DNA of 64,000 bases from the human T2T-CHM13v2.0 reference genome, Homo sapiens. Made by a program: the position numbers and the translations under genes. The notes below the pieces were generated by a model. That model did not search any database. It was given only the letters and a program-made list of their open reading frames with translations, and had not been told where the DNA came from. Position 1 is the stretch's first letter, and each line of letters opens with the position of its first letter. The stretch is from the NCBI RefSeq assembly GCF_009914755.1, contig NC_060939.1. One strand, given 5' to 3'. Below are positions 40,184 through 54,139 of the stretch, in pieces.

Positions 40184-40464
40184 CCTTTTTATTTTTGAAA
40201 TAACCTTATAAATATTTTGTTTTAGTCTTGCTTTTAGGGGAGGTGAGATATAAACAAGAAATAAAAAGAAATAAAATTTTATTTATTATTTGGGACTTAA
40301 GACACTTCGAATCTTTTGAAAGACAAGGTAGAGATGAGCACCTCAATTTAAAGATATTCAAGGACATCATCATTACCACCATCAACAAAAACCATGTAGT
40401 ATTCTTTTAATATAATCTAAGCTCTGGAATAAGCAATTCATATCCACCATGGAGGCCTCAAAGT

Positions 40465-40580
40465 GATGTCATGAAGTAGGTGCTACTATTTCTCCATTTT
40501 ACAGATGAAGACAGTGAGGCTTGGAGGGGTGAAGTAATTTATCCAAGGTCATACAATTAGCAGTAAGCCAGGAATTTAAC
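40465..40580 (-). mobile_element. MIR fragment
   Basis: 'gtaggtgctactatttctccattttacagatgaagacagtgaggct...ccaaggtcatac'. Confidence 0.75.
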
Positions 40581-42269
40581 AGAATTAAGTCAAACCTTTG
40601 TAGTACTGAGTTAGAAATAATCAGCTTTCTCTACTTTTCTTAGTATGAATTACAGCACTCTTGAAAACTAATCAGTAAAATAGATAGACATTCTAGAACA
40701 AACTGTCAAATCATTATCACTACTATAAGTTTAAACTCTTCTTACCAATCTTGATTATTTTCCTTTTTAAACCATCCTGAACCTTAATTAGAATTATAGC
40801 TCTTCCTGGTCTTTTATGCTTAGCCTTTTGACAACCCTTCCATCTGAGTGTCTCCAAGGGTCCTATCTCTAAGCTGTCTACTTTCATTCCTTTTTAGCTC
40901 CATTATTGGTGATCTATTTCCTCTGTTAGGCTCTTCAACCCTTTCAACTGACCATCTTCGGCAACTTTTTAAGACAGGTATTTTTCTGTTTCCTACCATC
41001 AGCAGCAACTAGAGGCAAAAAGAAACTTGCTTCTGAGAACATAGATGCTGATCAATCAGAAGCCAAAACAATTATTTAGCTTTATTCTTATTCCCCTTTT
41101 CATCAGCGTTCTCTCTTATGCTAATTTGAAATAGAGACTTTGACTTAATAGGAGGCCCATGGCAGCTGACCTATTGGAGGAATACCCTAACCAAGACTTC
41201 AGATCAAAACGCACTTCATGGTGGAATACAGTCAACCAAAGTTCTCACAAGGTTTTTGAACACCAATTTAAATGGCTTTCATTATAACCTTTTTAGGATG
41301 ATGGATGTAACACTGAAATTTTGTCTTCTAACCATACAATTTCACCAGCAATATTCAAGAAGATTTTCCAGACATCTGTTTCTATTTTTCTCTTTATTTT
41401 TCTCAGATTCCCTCTAAGCTCATTGGCTGACCTTGACATCACAGCCAAGCCCTAAATGAAAGCATTTTATCACTCTCCATTTTTTTCCAAAGAAGGTCTT
41501 GAGATTTTATTTTCCAAGCAATAACAGATTCCATTCCTGAGACTTCTTATCATATCTTTAGCCACATCATAAATAACTCGAATTTTATATTGACAAAGAA
41601 AGTTCTATTGTACTTTTTTTTTTTAAGAAACATGGTTAACAAGCTGAATAGGACCCCTCATTACTTTATATAACATGGTCGGTATAACTTCTTTCTGAAC
41701 TATGATGACAAGCAGAAAATGGGGCATATTTGTATTTAAAGTATAAATTAGTCAAAATTTGAGCTGAAATTATAGCAAAGGAATTGTCAAGTTTGAAATG
41801 CAGTCTGATGCCCTTGAAAATAATGAGAATATAATTAGAAAATAGTACATAAAATTCACGGGTCTCAGAAGATCAGCTACAGAAGGATCACGTCATCCTA
41901 GGCAGAGTGTCTCAAATGTGTCTTTCAAATTGTTGCCCCTGAAGAAGTTCAGTGATGTATCCAAGGTCACATACATGGATTTCTGCCTAAGTGAACCTTC
42001 TTCCTGTTTTCCTGGGCACCGTGTCTGAGAACTGACTGTCTGACTCATTCTTTTCTAAGCCCTAGAGGGACAAGGTTATGCAATTCTCCACAGGTATTTT
42101 GGCAGCTTCTTAGGATATTTGACTCAGGCCTCATCTCCACTCTTCTCTTAGGAGAGAATACGCACATTCTATAAGGGACATTAGACCACCAGAGAAGATG
42201 GTTACTCCCACAGCAGGATAACAGCCTTGTGGGATTAGAAGGCCACCATTCTATGATCCAGCTTCAGAT

Positions 42270-42510
42270 GAAATTTATTGAGCACCTACTATGCATCAAG
42301 CACTGTGCAAGGTGCTCCAACAGAGACTATCTTTCTTGGCCCAGGAGGTTGACATACCTAACCTGATTCCACCACCAATTAGCACTGAGACCTTGGACCA
42401 AACTTTGAGTCTGTTTTCTTTCTATAAATCTGAAGAAAAGTTACCTGGCCTTCTTATCTCCTAGAACTGTTGTGTGGGTCAAATGAACTAATAAGTGGCA
42501 AAACACTTTC
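42270..42510. mobile_element. L2 3' end (minus) adjoining MIR (plus)
   Basis: 'atttattgagcacctactatg...cactgtgcaaggtgct', then 'gaccttggacca...gttgtgtgggtcaaatga'. Confidence 0.6.
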
Positions 42511-42514
42511 TTAA

Positions 42515-43156
42515 AATGTTATTGAAATATAATGTACATACAGAAAACCACATAAGTGTATAGGTGGATACATTTCACAAGCTAAACACACCAGTGTAAT
42601 CAGTGCACAGTTCAAGACATGGAATGAACATTACCCCATGAGTCCCCATCTAGGAACAGCCCCTCAAAGGGTAACCACCATTCTGACTTCTAACAGGCTA
42701 GCTGTTTTGCCTGTTTTTCTACTGTACATAAATGGAGTCATATGCTATAAGCTTTTTGGTACATGGCATTTTTTGTTCGGAATTATGCTTGTGAATTTCA
42801 TCCATGTTGCTGTGTACTTTTGTAAGTTCTTTGTTCTCATTGCTATGTAGATTCCATTGTACGAAGAGACATTTTATTTCCCACTCCATTGTTGATGGAC
42901 ACTTGGATAGTTTCTAGCTTTGGTCTGTTCACAATTATAAACATTCTAGGACACGCCTTTTGGTGAACATATGTATTCATTTCTATTGGGCATATCCTGG
43001 AAGTGGAATTCCTGGCTCCTAGGCTTCATGTATATTCAGCTTTGGGAGATGTTGCCAAATGACTTTCCAAATGGTTGCTCCAATTGACATGGCCAATAAT
43101 AGAACCTGAGAAATACCAACATTAGGTATTTTTAGGATTTTTTTTTCATTTTAGGT
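42515..43156 (-). mobile_element. Old L1 3' end (L1MD/L1ME-like)
   Basis: 'ttattgaaatataatgtacatacagaaa', 'ttcatccatgttgctgtg', 'gttgatggacacttggatagtttc'. Confidence 0.8.
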
Positions 43157-44099
43157 AAGTAAATTATTTCTTAATATAATTAGATTACCACCATTTTGAA
43201 TGACTCATCTCAGGGCTCATCATATTAACACAAATAAATATTTCATATATTTGTACTGTGTGTCTGAGGACATTTTATTATTCAATTGTGGTATATGCAG
43301 CATCTGGATCTACGAAAGTTAACCACAATTAGGGCCACTGGAATATAACATCCATATTTATGCTATTCTATAGAAATCGGACATCCCAAGCTTGGCTGAA
43401 TTAAAATATGCATTAAAATATATATTTCTCAACTAGTCTTATGTCCTAGCAATGATTATTTTAAAAGTGTAATTTAACTAAATTAACTAGCAAGTCTGGT
43501 ATCTCAAGGTAAAGACTTTTGGCTTGAAGAGCTTCTCTAGAAGGTAAGCTTTCAGTTCGGAGGAGCCTCAGAGACCCTTCAGCCTACTCTCTCATCCTAT
43601 AGGTGAGTAAATTGGGGTCCCCCAAAAGAAAGGACTTACTCGTGACACCGGAGCTACTTAGTATCAGAGCCAAGACCAGAACCCAAATCCCCAGAGCCTC
43701 CCTTGACTTTTTATATCGTCCCTGCCTCAAACTGGCCAAGGTTTCTTAAATAGTTAAGGAATAGATGCTGCTACACAGTAAGTGACCACAGAGGAAACCT
43801 CATATGGACAGGACAGCGGAGAGAAAGGCCTAGGTGAATTCAGTGAAGACAGAGCAGCTATCGCAGTTGACTGTTCAGAGAGGCACTGGGGGAGAGCGGT
43901 GGTAGAATATTCTGTTGGTCCTTCCCCAGGCTGCCAGTGAGTGCAGACCGGAGACTAGACAGAAAGGTCTCAAAGAGCAGTCCTGGCCAGTCACAACCCT
44001 CCCCAGCCACACATTCCTTCTGAAAACTTCCTCTGAGGTCTTCTCCTTCCCACCACAGAGTTCTACCATTTGCCCAGATTACTCTTCCCACAACCTTCT

Positions 44100-44258
44100 C
44101 TCATGATGCTCCTGCCTTCACCCTGCTAATTCCTGCACATCCTTCAGATCTCAGTGTCTTCTCACTCCAGAGCATACATAATCATCACATCATTCCTCCC
44201 CATGCTTGGCACTTGTTAAGTCCTCAGTAAATAATGAGGAATGAATGAATGAATGAAC
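44100..44258 (+). mobile_element. L2 3' end with (GAAT)n tail
   Basis: 'catccttcagatctcag...gcttggcac...ctcagtaaat...gaatgaatgaatgaatgaa'. Confidence 0.65.
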
Positions 44259-45356
44259 ATGCTATCCAGTGCAGTCCTTGTATAGTAATAGAGGCAGAAG
44301 TCCTTGCCCTGGTCAACTTACCATAGTTTCTTGTTCTTTGTCAGGGCACAGGAACAAAGGAGGGGGTTGTTGATATTGTTTCTTAAATAACTTAAAAACC
44401 ATCCCCAAGTATTGATTCTAACCTACAAGCAGAGTTGAGAACCACTGCTTGGGGTAATTGTTATCATTTCTGGTTGTATGTGAGAATATTTATTATTTTT
44501 TTAAATAACCTTTATACAATCAAAAGGAAATTTTTGAGACTTTCAATTTTTAAGTAATTTGAGACTTATGTAACAGTTGCAAACAAAGATATATTTTTAA
44601 TAAGAAGAATAAATGAGAATGGACCTCAAATTTTTAATTTTCTCAAAGCCTAGAGTGGTTTTGTTTCTCTGCTCTTCCCAACGTACTCCTGCCTACTACC
44701 ACTACCCTCACCAGCAAAGACAAATTAAAAGGAGTGGGGGAGACAAAATGAAGCAAAACAAAACAAAAACCTTCCATTATAGTGTGGTAGAATGGCCAGA
44801 GAAGAAAGGAGACAGTACCAAGCTAAGAGGGAAAATATAAAAACAAGAGGATTAGATGACATCAATGCAGTGGTTTTGCTCAGAAGACAAGGAATGTTGG
44901 AATGTAGATAGCAAATTCCTGTCCTGAGGGACAAGTTTCAATTCTGTAACTGTTAGACATGAAAATACAATAGGGCTTAATCTTACCAAATATAGATCCA
45001 CCCTGGCCAAGTACAGGTATGTACCTTTGTGTAGTCATTTATTTGCCCTTCCCCTGCCCACTGCTTTCCATTAGCACATAGTGAAAATCTTGCCCTGGAA
45101 AGAAAGGAGACTAAAGCAAAAAGTGAGTTAACACATTGGATTCTTCTGACATAGCTTAGACAGTTCCTCCATCATCAATCCCCTTAAGTCATATTCAGTG
45201 AGTGTTCTGCTGGCTGGAAGGAGTTAAGACATTTTCCTATTAATATCAGGTGGCAAATGATAGGCCAAGAACATCTGATAGTTTTTGCTACTCTGTAAAG
45301 TTGAGGTTTAGCATCCAAAAGTAGTTACTTTCCTTTCAATAGAGAGGGAGGAAGAG

Positions 45357-45585
45357 CAGAGTGAATAAAACAGGAGCTGGAGTCTTGCCCATGTAGTTCT
45401 ATGAACCTGGACAAGTTGTTTCACCCCTCTGTGGCTCAGTGTACTCATCTACAAATAAGGGTTACAATAGTACCTACTTCAAGAGTTGCTAACGGGACTT
45501 AATGAGTTAATTAATACATGTCAAAAGCTTGGAATTGTGCCTGGCACATAACAAGGGCTCAAGATATGTTAGCTGTGATCATCAT
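45357..45585 (+). mobile_element. MIR
   Basis: 'gacaagttgtttcacccctctgtggctcagt...aatagtacctacttca...gtgcctggcacata'. Confidence 0.82.
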
Positions 45586-45589
45586 AGTT

Positions 45590-45958
45590 ATACGCTTGGT
45601 TTAGCTATAAATTCTTATTTTGAAACTGCATTCGTTTCAGTGTAAGTGAAATATCAGGAAACAATTTGAGCATAATGTAAATGCCAAGTTTACTCTCTGC
45701 AATTTTATCTGCAAAAAGTATTAGATGAACCCAGGAAACTGCACTCAGCTGAATTGAGCTATGTGGGATCCACAAAATCCACACATTCACAAACCTGAGA
45801 CGCCTACCAGCTAGTGTAGTTCACCATGTGTGTGATGGGCCACACCCATCCACAACCATCGTTATAACTTTTGATCGATTTCAGATAATCTCCTCACCAT
45901 TTTGCAATAATTTATCAACCGCAACCCTTCAGATACCCACTTCCACAAACAAATTTCT
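45590..45958 (+). mobile_element. TcMar-Tigger DNA transposon fragment (Tigger13a-like)
   Basis: 'gaaactgcactcagctgaa', 'gccacacccatccaca', 'gatttcagataa', 'cccacttccacaaacaaa' match recalled Tigger13a. Confidence 0.7.
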
Positions 45959-48177
45959 ATCTTTTTTTCTATGAGTGTTCATTGTCAACCTTCAGGGTTT
46001 GAGACACACTGTCAGGAAGAAGTCCTGGAAAGCGAGCACAGTAAACAGGAAAGACAGAACTTCTGTTGGTCCTCATTTCAAGATGGTGCCTGCATGTTTC
46101 AAAGGTCACCAAGCAGAACGCCAACCCACTGAAAATATTGCATAATGCATAAGGGCAGAACAGAAAATTAGGACCTAAGTGTTCAGTACCAAATATATTA
46201 GACTTTTTCTTTCCTTAAAGTATATTCAGACTGAGATTCCTAGAATTAAAACAGCTTTTAACCACAGAAGAGTTATTGTAACCTTAAATTTCTGGATAAA
46301 ATTCAGAGTGAAATATGTGCAAAACAAAATTGAGATCATTCCTGAATAACCAAGTTAAGCCTTTTGAGGCACTGAAAGCAAAACCCTCTCTGTGTGTCTT
46401 TATCTCTCCCCCTCCCTTTCATACACACTCTTCAAACCAATACAAAAAAATTACTTAAAGAAAATATAGGCATGTAAATATATAAAATAAACTCTAAGTA
46501 AATCTAGAGTGTAGGAAATTTTGAGAGTACAAAAATAAGGAATGCACAAAATTTAAGCAAATTTCTACCCCCATTGCCCCTCCAAATGTAGTTTTACAAT
46601 CTGCCTGCAAATGTTTATCAGTAAGAAGAGAATGCCTAATGGATCAGAAACCTGATAAAAACATATTCAAGTAGAAAAAATGTTTTCCTCTAACTAAATA
46701 GTACTGTATCCTAGGGATCAAACAAACAAACATAAAGATAGTACACAGCAGAGGCTAAATGCCGCCGCCCTGTTTGTTAGTTGATGACTTCCTGATCTCA
46801 GTTAAGAAAAGTCAGCTTGTGCTGCTATGGATCTTCTTAGAAGGTAGAAAGAAACTTAACCCCATGCAAAGCCCCATGAAATTCATTTGCAATTACCTAA
46901 AGCTCCCAATACCCTGAAGTCTTATAAGGAACACTACTTCATTTTCAATTTACAAACAAAATTATGCATTAAATTCCTGCCATCTGCCACATACTGTGCT
47001 TAAATGCCATGCTCACCATTACTGCCTGAGAACCACGGTGGTGGGAGCAGGAGGCAGCTCTGCTCTCCTGAATTCAGAGCTTGGACTTAGCCTTCATCAG
47101 AGCTGCTAGCACCACTGGAGAGCAGCGTTTTCATGAGCTCTGGGAACATCCAGGGCATGTTTAGAGAAGTGATCAAGACTCCTTCTTGGGGGGTACCCAG
47201 GAAGGTAGTCTCTGCCCTGAACTTGGCTCTTTTCTCAGAGCAGACTATGTGACATTTAATTTCTTCACTGAAAAGAAAGATGTGCTGTTTATAGGGCCAA
47301 TATAACCACAGGAAATAGCAGAAATCCTGAATTTAGAAATGGTAAAATTCCTGAGAGTTGAAGGCTTATTGAAGACTGTGAAAGATCATCTCTGGAAACA
47401 GTAGATAGGAAGCCATGAATAAAGCCAGTATCAACCATTGTTATGGGGATGAAGCTACAGGACAGGTCTCACTGGCCTCAACTTAGACTTAGCTCCAGAG
47501 TCAGCTAATATCTTTCCCAGGAAGAGAAACTTGGACAAGATTCAGCATAAACATTATCCTGGACCTTGCTGGGCATTCTTCTCTTAACAGAGTTCATCTG
47601 AGCCTTCAAAGCATTCATATTGCTGGAAAGTTGCCATTGTAGCCTCCTGTAAGCCTTCTCATAATGAACCAGACAGCCATATGGAAGAGAGTGGATCATC
47701 AAGTTGGAGTGACAAGCACGGACTTCATCATCAAAGATCCACCTAGGCCTTTGCTCAGTGCTCTATCAAAATGTAGGATTTGGATACCAAAGTGCACCAA
47801 ATGGCAAGGACTGGGGGTTCTGAATAATAGGTCTTGGTCTAGACAAGCCCAATGGAGCAGGCGTGGCCTCTACCATAAGCTCTCAACTTGGCTCAGACTT
47901 ATAGACCTAACTTCACCCTGACATCTTCATCTTCCTTCTCCACCCTCTTCTTAACTCCAAACACAATGATAGCCTTCTCCTCTCCAACACTTAATGGTTT
48001 TTCTCATTTTAGTGCTAAAGGTCTTTGGACAGTTTCTGTCAAGTACTAGCCCTGCTTGTCTGCAGATCCAGAGAGCCTTAATTGACAGATTCAACTGTGC
48101 CTATTCCTGAACCAATTCTGATCAAGAAAGTGGTCCCACCAGTCAGTGCTGACAGGAATTAGTCTTTTGCTGTCAAC

Positions 48178-48395
48178 TAATGGTTTCCAATTAGGGCAAC
48201 TTTTTCCACCCAGAGATATTTGTCAATGTCTGGAGACATCTATGGTTGTCACAGCTGAGGGAATATTAATTAATAGCACCTAGTGGGTAAAGGTGAGGAA
48301 TGTCATTAAATACCCTACAATGCAGAGGGTAACCCCCCACCAACAGAGTACTGTCCAGCCCCAGCTGTTCACAGCGCTGAGTTTGAGGAGCCCTA
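48178..48395 (+). mobile_element. MER20 (hAT-Charlie MITE)
   Basis: 'atttgtcaatgtctggagacat...ggttgtcaca...ctagtgggta...cctacaatgca...gtttgaggagcccta'; about 220 bp. Confidence 0.85.
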
Positions 48396-49854
48396 CTCTA
48401 CCTAGTCCCAGGGATGAGGCATGGGAACCCATGCACAAACTGAGTCAAGCTTTCCTTTACTGCCCTATTGTGTTCTCCTTGTCGGTTTGATTTCAGCCTG
48501 GTGTACCTGCTTCAGGCTCTGGTTTTCCCTGCTGAGTCCAGAGTCTCGCCTAGGGCCTTGCCTGTTTGTCAGATACCTTGGTTTATGGCAGACCCCTCAC
48601 CTGGATCTCCAATTGGAGTTCTATCTATATAGATCCACAAAGCCATAATTCATTTAATTTTCAGTATTCTTGCTGCAAGAACCCTTTCCACCAATCCCTA
48701 CTTACCTGACCATAGTCCAGGAACAAAAACAGTGAAGTCAGCCTGATTTCCAGTGCTTTGGGATATAATATTCTGGACTTCTGACTGCTTTTCTCAGGGG
48801 TCATCCTACACCCAACCTGGTTGCCATTTCTTACCACCCCCCAAAATCTGTCCCTGAGGTCCCAAAGTGACTTGAGGCTGAGCTGACCCCCAGGATGCTT
48901 TGAGGGAAGAATTTCTAAGGGAGCAACACTAAGCACTATGCTTAGGGTAGCACTGTGCTGGGCAGACACTTTAACCCAAGCTCTAAAGCCATGATGAGTC
49001 AGTCCAAGACACTATTCTCGAATAATAACGGCAACTTCTTATGAGCCACCCAAAGTAATGTCTCTCTCTTTAGTAACTATTTCAAATTTTTGTGTGATTA
49101 GCCATTCTCCAACTCTGGGTGTAGAGAACAAACCCATAGCTATTTCCCTGGAAGGGACAGCCACACACCCTGCCAGGATATCCTGCTGCCCCCAGGCACT
49201 ATATGAAGACATACCCATTCCTCCCTGCCATGGCAGAGAAAGTCCTTTCCAGAGAAGAACTTTGGTTTCTTGGCCTTGTTCCAGACTGAACCAAAAGAGG
49301 AAACGAAATAGACAAAGCACCAGATGGAGAGTAACTAGTCAGAATGATTCAGTCCACAAACACCTCCATATCTAAGAAATGAGCACAGGTTTCCAGCACA
49401 CTAAGGTACATCTGGGTGGGGTGACAGCAATAGGTGCTCATTTGAAGCAGTTGGAGATCATGGTACACAAAACCAGCCTTCGAAGTAGTATGTTACCGCA
49501 AGAGCCATGGCCACTTTGAAGTAAAATCAAATTGTCATTGGTGAGATGAAGAAGCTGTGGAATTTCAACCTGGTTGGTTTCAGCACTTGCTGTTACATTT
49601 GCACTGCTGTTTAAAATGCTAGTTCTATTGGATTCTGAGGATACTATACAAAAAAAATTCCCAAGAATAAATAAAGAAGTAGTACCCCAAGCACAGGAAA
49701 TGATCATCAAAACTCATCCTTTCCTATAGTGAAAGGATTACTATTTCACTATTACTATAGTGAAATCAGTAATTTTCACAAGGAATCTGCATCACCAGCA
49801 ATCCTCCCTGGGGAAAAAAATGGAAGTGAATAAACAGATAAAACCTAAAATAGG

Positions 49855-50190
<336 letters not shown>

Positions 50191-52446
50191 TCAAATAATG
50201 TAATAATAAAATCTAAAATATTACACCCATTTGAAAGAACACAAAGATATAACCTAAAATATTGCAACAATTTTAAAGGTTCTATAGATCTAAAGTAGCG
50301 GCTTCACGCTTTTTGAATATAATTCTAAATAGCACAATGCTTCCTTTTAATTCTTTTGGATTCCTGGAGAGACAGCTCCTGGCTGAGTATCAGTTGAACA
50401 CACAGGTTGTCTAGGCTTTTCAATGATGGTGATGGACTTCTTTTAAGCTATCCAAATTTTTTCTTCGAAATCAACATCCTTGATTTATGTCAGCAAAAAA
50501 GCAGCTTTCTGGGGTTTCAGTTACACCTGAGCTCTGTCCATTGCCAAGCCCATATGTACCAAGGAGTTTCAGATGCAGGAAGCCCAACAGCATGAATTAT
50601 TCTGAGACATCACCAGAGAACACAAATAGGCTAGGGCATCAGATCAGCAAGTCATAACTAAGCTTTCAAGCTATAGCTGACAATGAAAATAACCCCAGAA
50701 GTCTTGAGAAGCACAACCTATAAAGCAGAGGAGTGTGCTTTTCTGGAGTGAGCATGATCCAGATTTACCAGAGGAAGCATGTCAGCTGTAAACACACTCT
50801 TAGCAGCTCCATCCTAACCTGTTCCAGGCTCTTTGGGGACTGACAATCTCATCACCTGCATAGCTTGCCACAAACTTCCACGCTAAGGCATTTGCACGTA
50901 AACTGACCTTCACACTTCAGCTAATATCTTCACTGCACAATGAAATGAATGTGAACTAGAAAATCAAATTCTGTGTAAAAATAGGCAAGTCTCTTCCCAA
51001 ATAAGAACAAAAGCCAAAAATTCACCTTATAAATGAGCTTTAGGAATAAGTTTTATGCTATTTTATTTTTATAGTTCATGAGGGTTCTGCAAATACTATA
51101 GCTAATCCAGTGTCACCTCCAACAGGATCTTCCAGGTAGTTGTGATTTATGTCTTTATTAGTCATGTTAATTACATAACAATACCTAAAGGGCTGCTTCT
51201 TGCATTCATTGCTTGCTCACACCACAGTAAAAAAATAATCATCACCTGACTGGTATCACAAAGCTTTCTTTCCACTACACTGGAACATTTTTACTCATCT
51301 CACACGATGATTTCAGAAGGACTGGAAGTCCATGGGATGGGTGCTTGAGCCATTTGAAGTGGCCTGTGTGTCAGTCAAAACCATTGCACCTAATCCACCT
51401 GAACAGGGTATGTAACTTCTTGCCTGAGTTGAGTCTTCTTTACCACAGCAGACTAAGGCAGGCTTTTATCCCCGTCATGGGTGAAAGCTTTAGCAACTGC
51501 TGCTCTCTTTCCATGTGGAGGATCATACATTATCACTGTACTTCTGGCCTCTCACCAGAGTCCCGTTCATTCACCCCTTGACAGCATATATAAGCCACAT
51601 CCTGTAACTTCAGCTTTATCGGTAATAAAGATGATGTTTTGGTGTATGATTGCCTTATTCCTTTGTCTTATTTCTCAGTTGTGTTTGAATTTGGCCACAA
51701 AAAAAGGACTTTCCTTAGAATAGTCTAACATTTGGTGGATTGGTTGGAAACACTGAGAAACATAACAAATGGCTGAAGTGGGAAAAATAAAACAAACATT
51801 AAATGATCTTGAGCGGTTCTGGGCTTTGGATTTTTTTGTGTGCATGAGAGAGATGTTTTGACCTTAGTGGATTGCGGAGGCTTTTATTAGCTCATAAGGT
51901 TGCTTTTTATAATTTCACACTTGGCTTTTTAAAAATTCTATGACTTGGAAAAGGGGCCTTAGGCTTTAGGACATAATATTTCAACCCCGACAGATAATTA
52001 CAGCTTGTCCAGTGGTAGCTTTATATGGACTGTTTTTTATATGTAGTTGTTTGTTTTATAGATTGTGACAGCCTAAAGCAAGATTCCATTGCCCTCAACA
52101 AAGACGTAACACTCAGGGAAAATACCAGGACAATTCAGCTTTGACAAAGTAGTGGCTGGGGGACTCAGAAAGCCTGGGGCTCAGCCAAGTCACATGTGCA
52201 GGAATGTCATCAGCAGACACCAATTGCACGAGACTTAGAAAAGGCCTGCCTTAAGTGGATGCAGGGAATCTCATGGTGAAGTCTTTCCCCTAAACAGTAC
52301 AAGCCACTTGTCTTATCACACACATGCTAGTGATTCAGGGACCTCAGCCTATGCTAGTAGGCAGCAAGGCCACATATTTAGTTAGTGGCTGAGCAGGGAT
52401 CTGAATACAGGCTGGATTTGCCCCAGAATACAAGCTCTCAATCAAC

Positions 52447-52893
52447 TGTATTATTAGTTTTCTTTTGCTGCTGTATCAAATTGCCAGGAACTTAGTGACC
52501 TAAAACAGCACAAATTTATTATCTTACACTTCTGGAGGTCAGAAGTCCCAAGTGGGATCTACTAGGCTAAAATCAAGATGTTGACAGGGCTGCAGGCCTT
52601 CTGAAGCATCTAGGAGAAAATCCATCTCCTTGATTTTTCCAGCTTCTAGAGGCCACCTGTATTCCTTGATTCATCCTTAAGGAAGTAGCGTAGCAGCTGT
52701 AAATCTCTCTAACTCTGACCCTCTTGTCTTCCTCTTATAAGGACCCTTGTGATTATATGGAGCCTTTCTAGATAATCCAGGATAATCTGCCCATCTCAAA
52801 TCCTTAATGATGTCTGAAAAGTCAAAGTAACGTATGACAGGGTCCATGGGATTAGGATGTGGATATGTTTGGGAGGAGGTTCTTCCATCTACC
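52447..52893 (-). mobile_element. MaLR solo LTR, MLT1C/D-like
   Basis: 'tttattatcttacacttctggaggtcagaagtcc', 'ccagcttctagaggcc', 'gataatccaggataatct', 'gggattaggatgtggata'. Confidence 0.88.
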
Positions 52894-54139
52894 ATTCCAG
52901 GACTCATTCAGCCTCCCCTTCATGTTGACATTGCATCTGGGGCCATAGTTTTTGACAATATACTAAGCCCCACATTCTGAGAATGTAATTTTTTCTGGGA
53001 TAATTGCTTTAGAGGATGAGGTTTGGCTTCTTTTCTCAATATGGTAGGTGTGGCCCACCAGTGAAAATAATAACTGCTTGAAACTTTTCATCAGTAAAGT
53101 CATCAGAAACCCAGCATATATTTTCTGCAGTCCTGCAGGAACCACACCAGCCTCAAGAAGAGCGAGCCCCAGCTGCAAGCCCTGGCAGGACCCCTCACTC
53201 TGCTAACACTGTGGAGACCCCTCACCCCAACCCTTAATGGGAAGTCAGTATATAATTAGTCACGTTGGGTTGGGCTTTTAATTCACCAAAGCAGTAGAGT
53301 TTGATTCAGACTTTAATTCACTTGGGTTTTGTTAACATTAGACTTAAACTTGCGAAGGGACTAATGTATCGATTTTAATTCTTCTGAGAGAATTTCACAG
53401 AGGGAGGAACTATATTCAAATTTGGGGCATCCTCGCTTTCTTGGCATTTTATTCGTGGAGTTTCTCTCTGCATTTTCACTTAATTTTATTTCATAACTTC
53501 CAGTAGGTTATATTGGACAGTTACTTCCAATAGATTATATTGAACAGTTGTAGCAGGACAGCACTGAGCAAGGGAAACAGAATAGAAAGAATATTTTTGG
53601 CCTTGGAGTCCATTTAATTACTGCATTGTTCTGACCCATTTCAAAGCCTCCTGCAGAAAAATCTCATCTCAGCAGGAGGAAGCCTGCCCAAACCAGCCCT
53701 GCTGGGTAAGTTGCTTTAAGTCCAGCAGGAATCAGTGTCTGTAGTGGTGGAGATGAAGCAGGCTGCAGCATGCTATTGCTGAATGGGTTAAAGCTCCAGG
53801 ACTCCAGGAGGCATCTTTACTTTACAGTCCTCTTACCTCTCTCACCTAGGGCCCCTAGAGTTGTGACAGCCAAGAAATAAGCCACATTCTCTAATATCAG
53901 GTGTGTTCATTGAAATGGTGATACTTTGAACTCTAGCTGACTTATTATTTGTCTTTTCTTTTTTCAGTTGGATCCAAATTTAAGTGAAAAATGGGGCTGT
54001 TATTTATTGGGACCCCACGAAATTCCCCCTAATTTTTTTTCTCTAGATTGTTATACTGGCCTTCTAGTGGGTCTCTTTCTTCAGTCAGTTCTTGAGGCCT
54101 GTGCTGTAGGCATTTGAGTTTGTCATCTTTTGCTTACAG

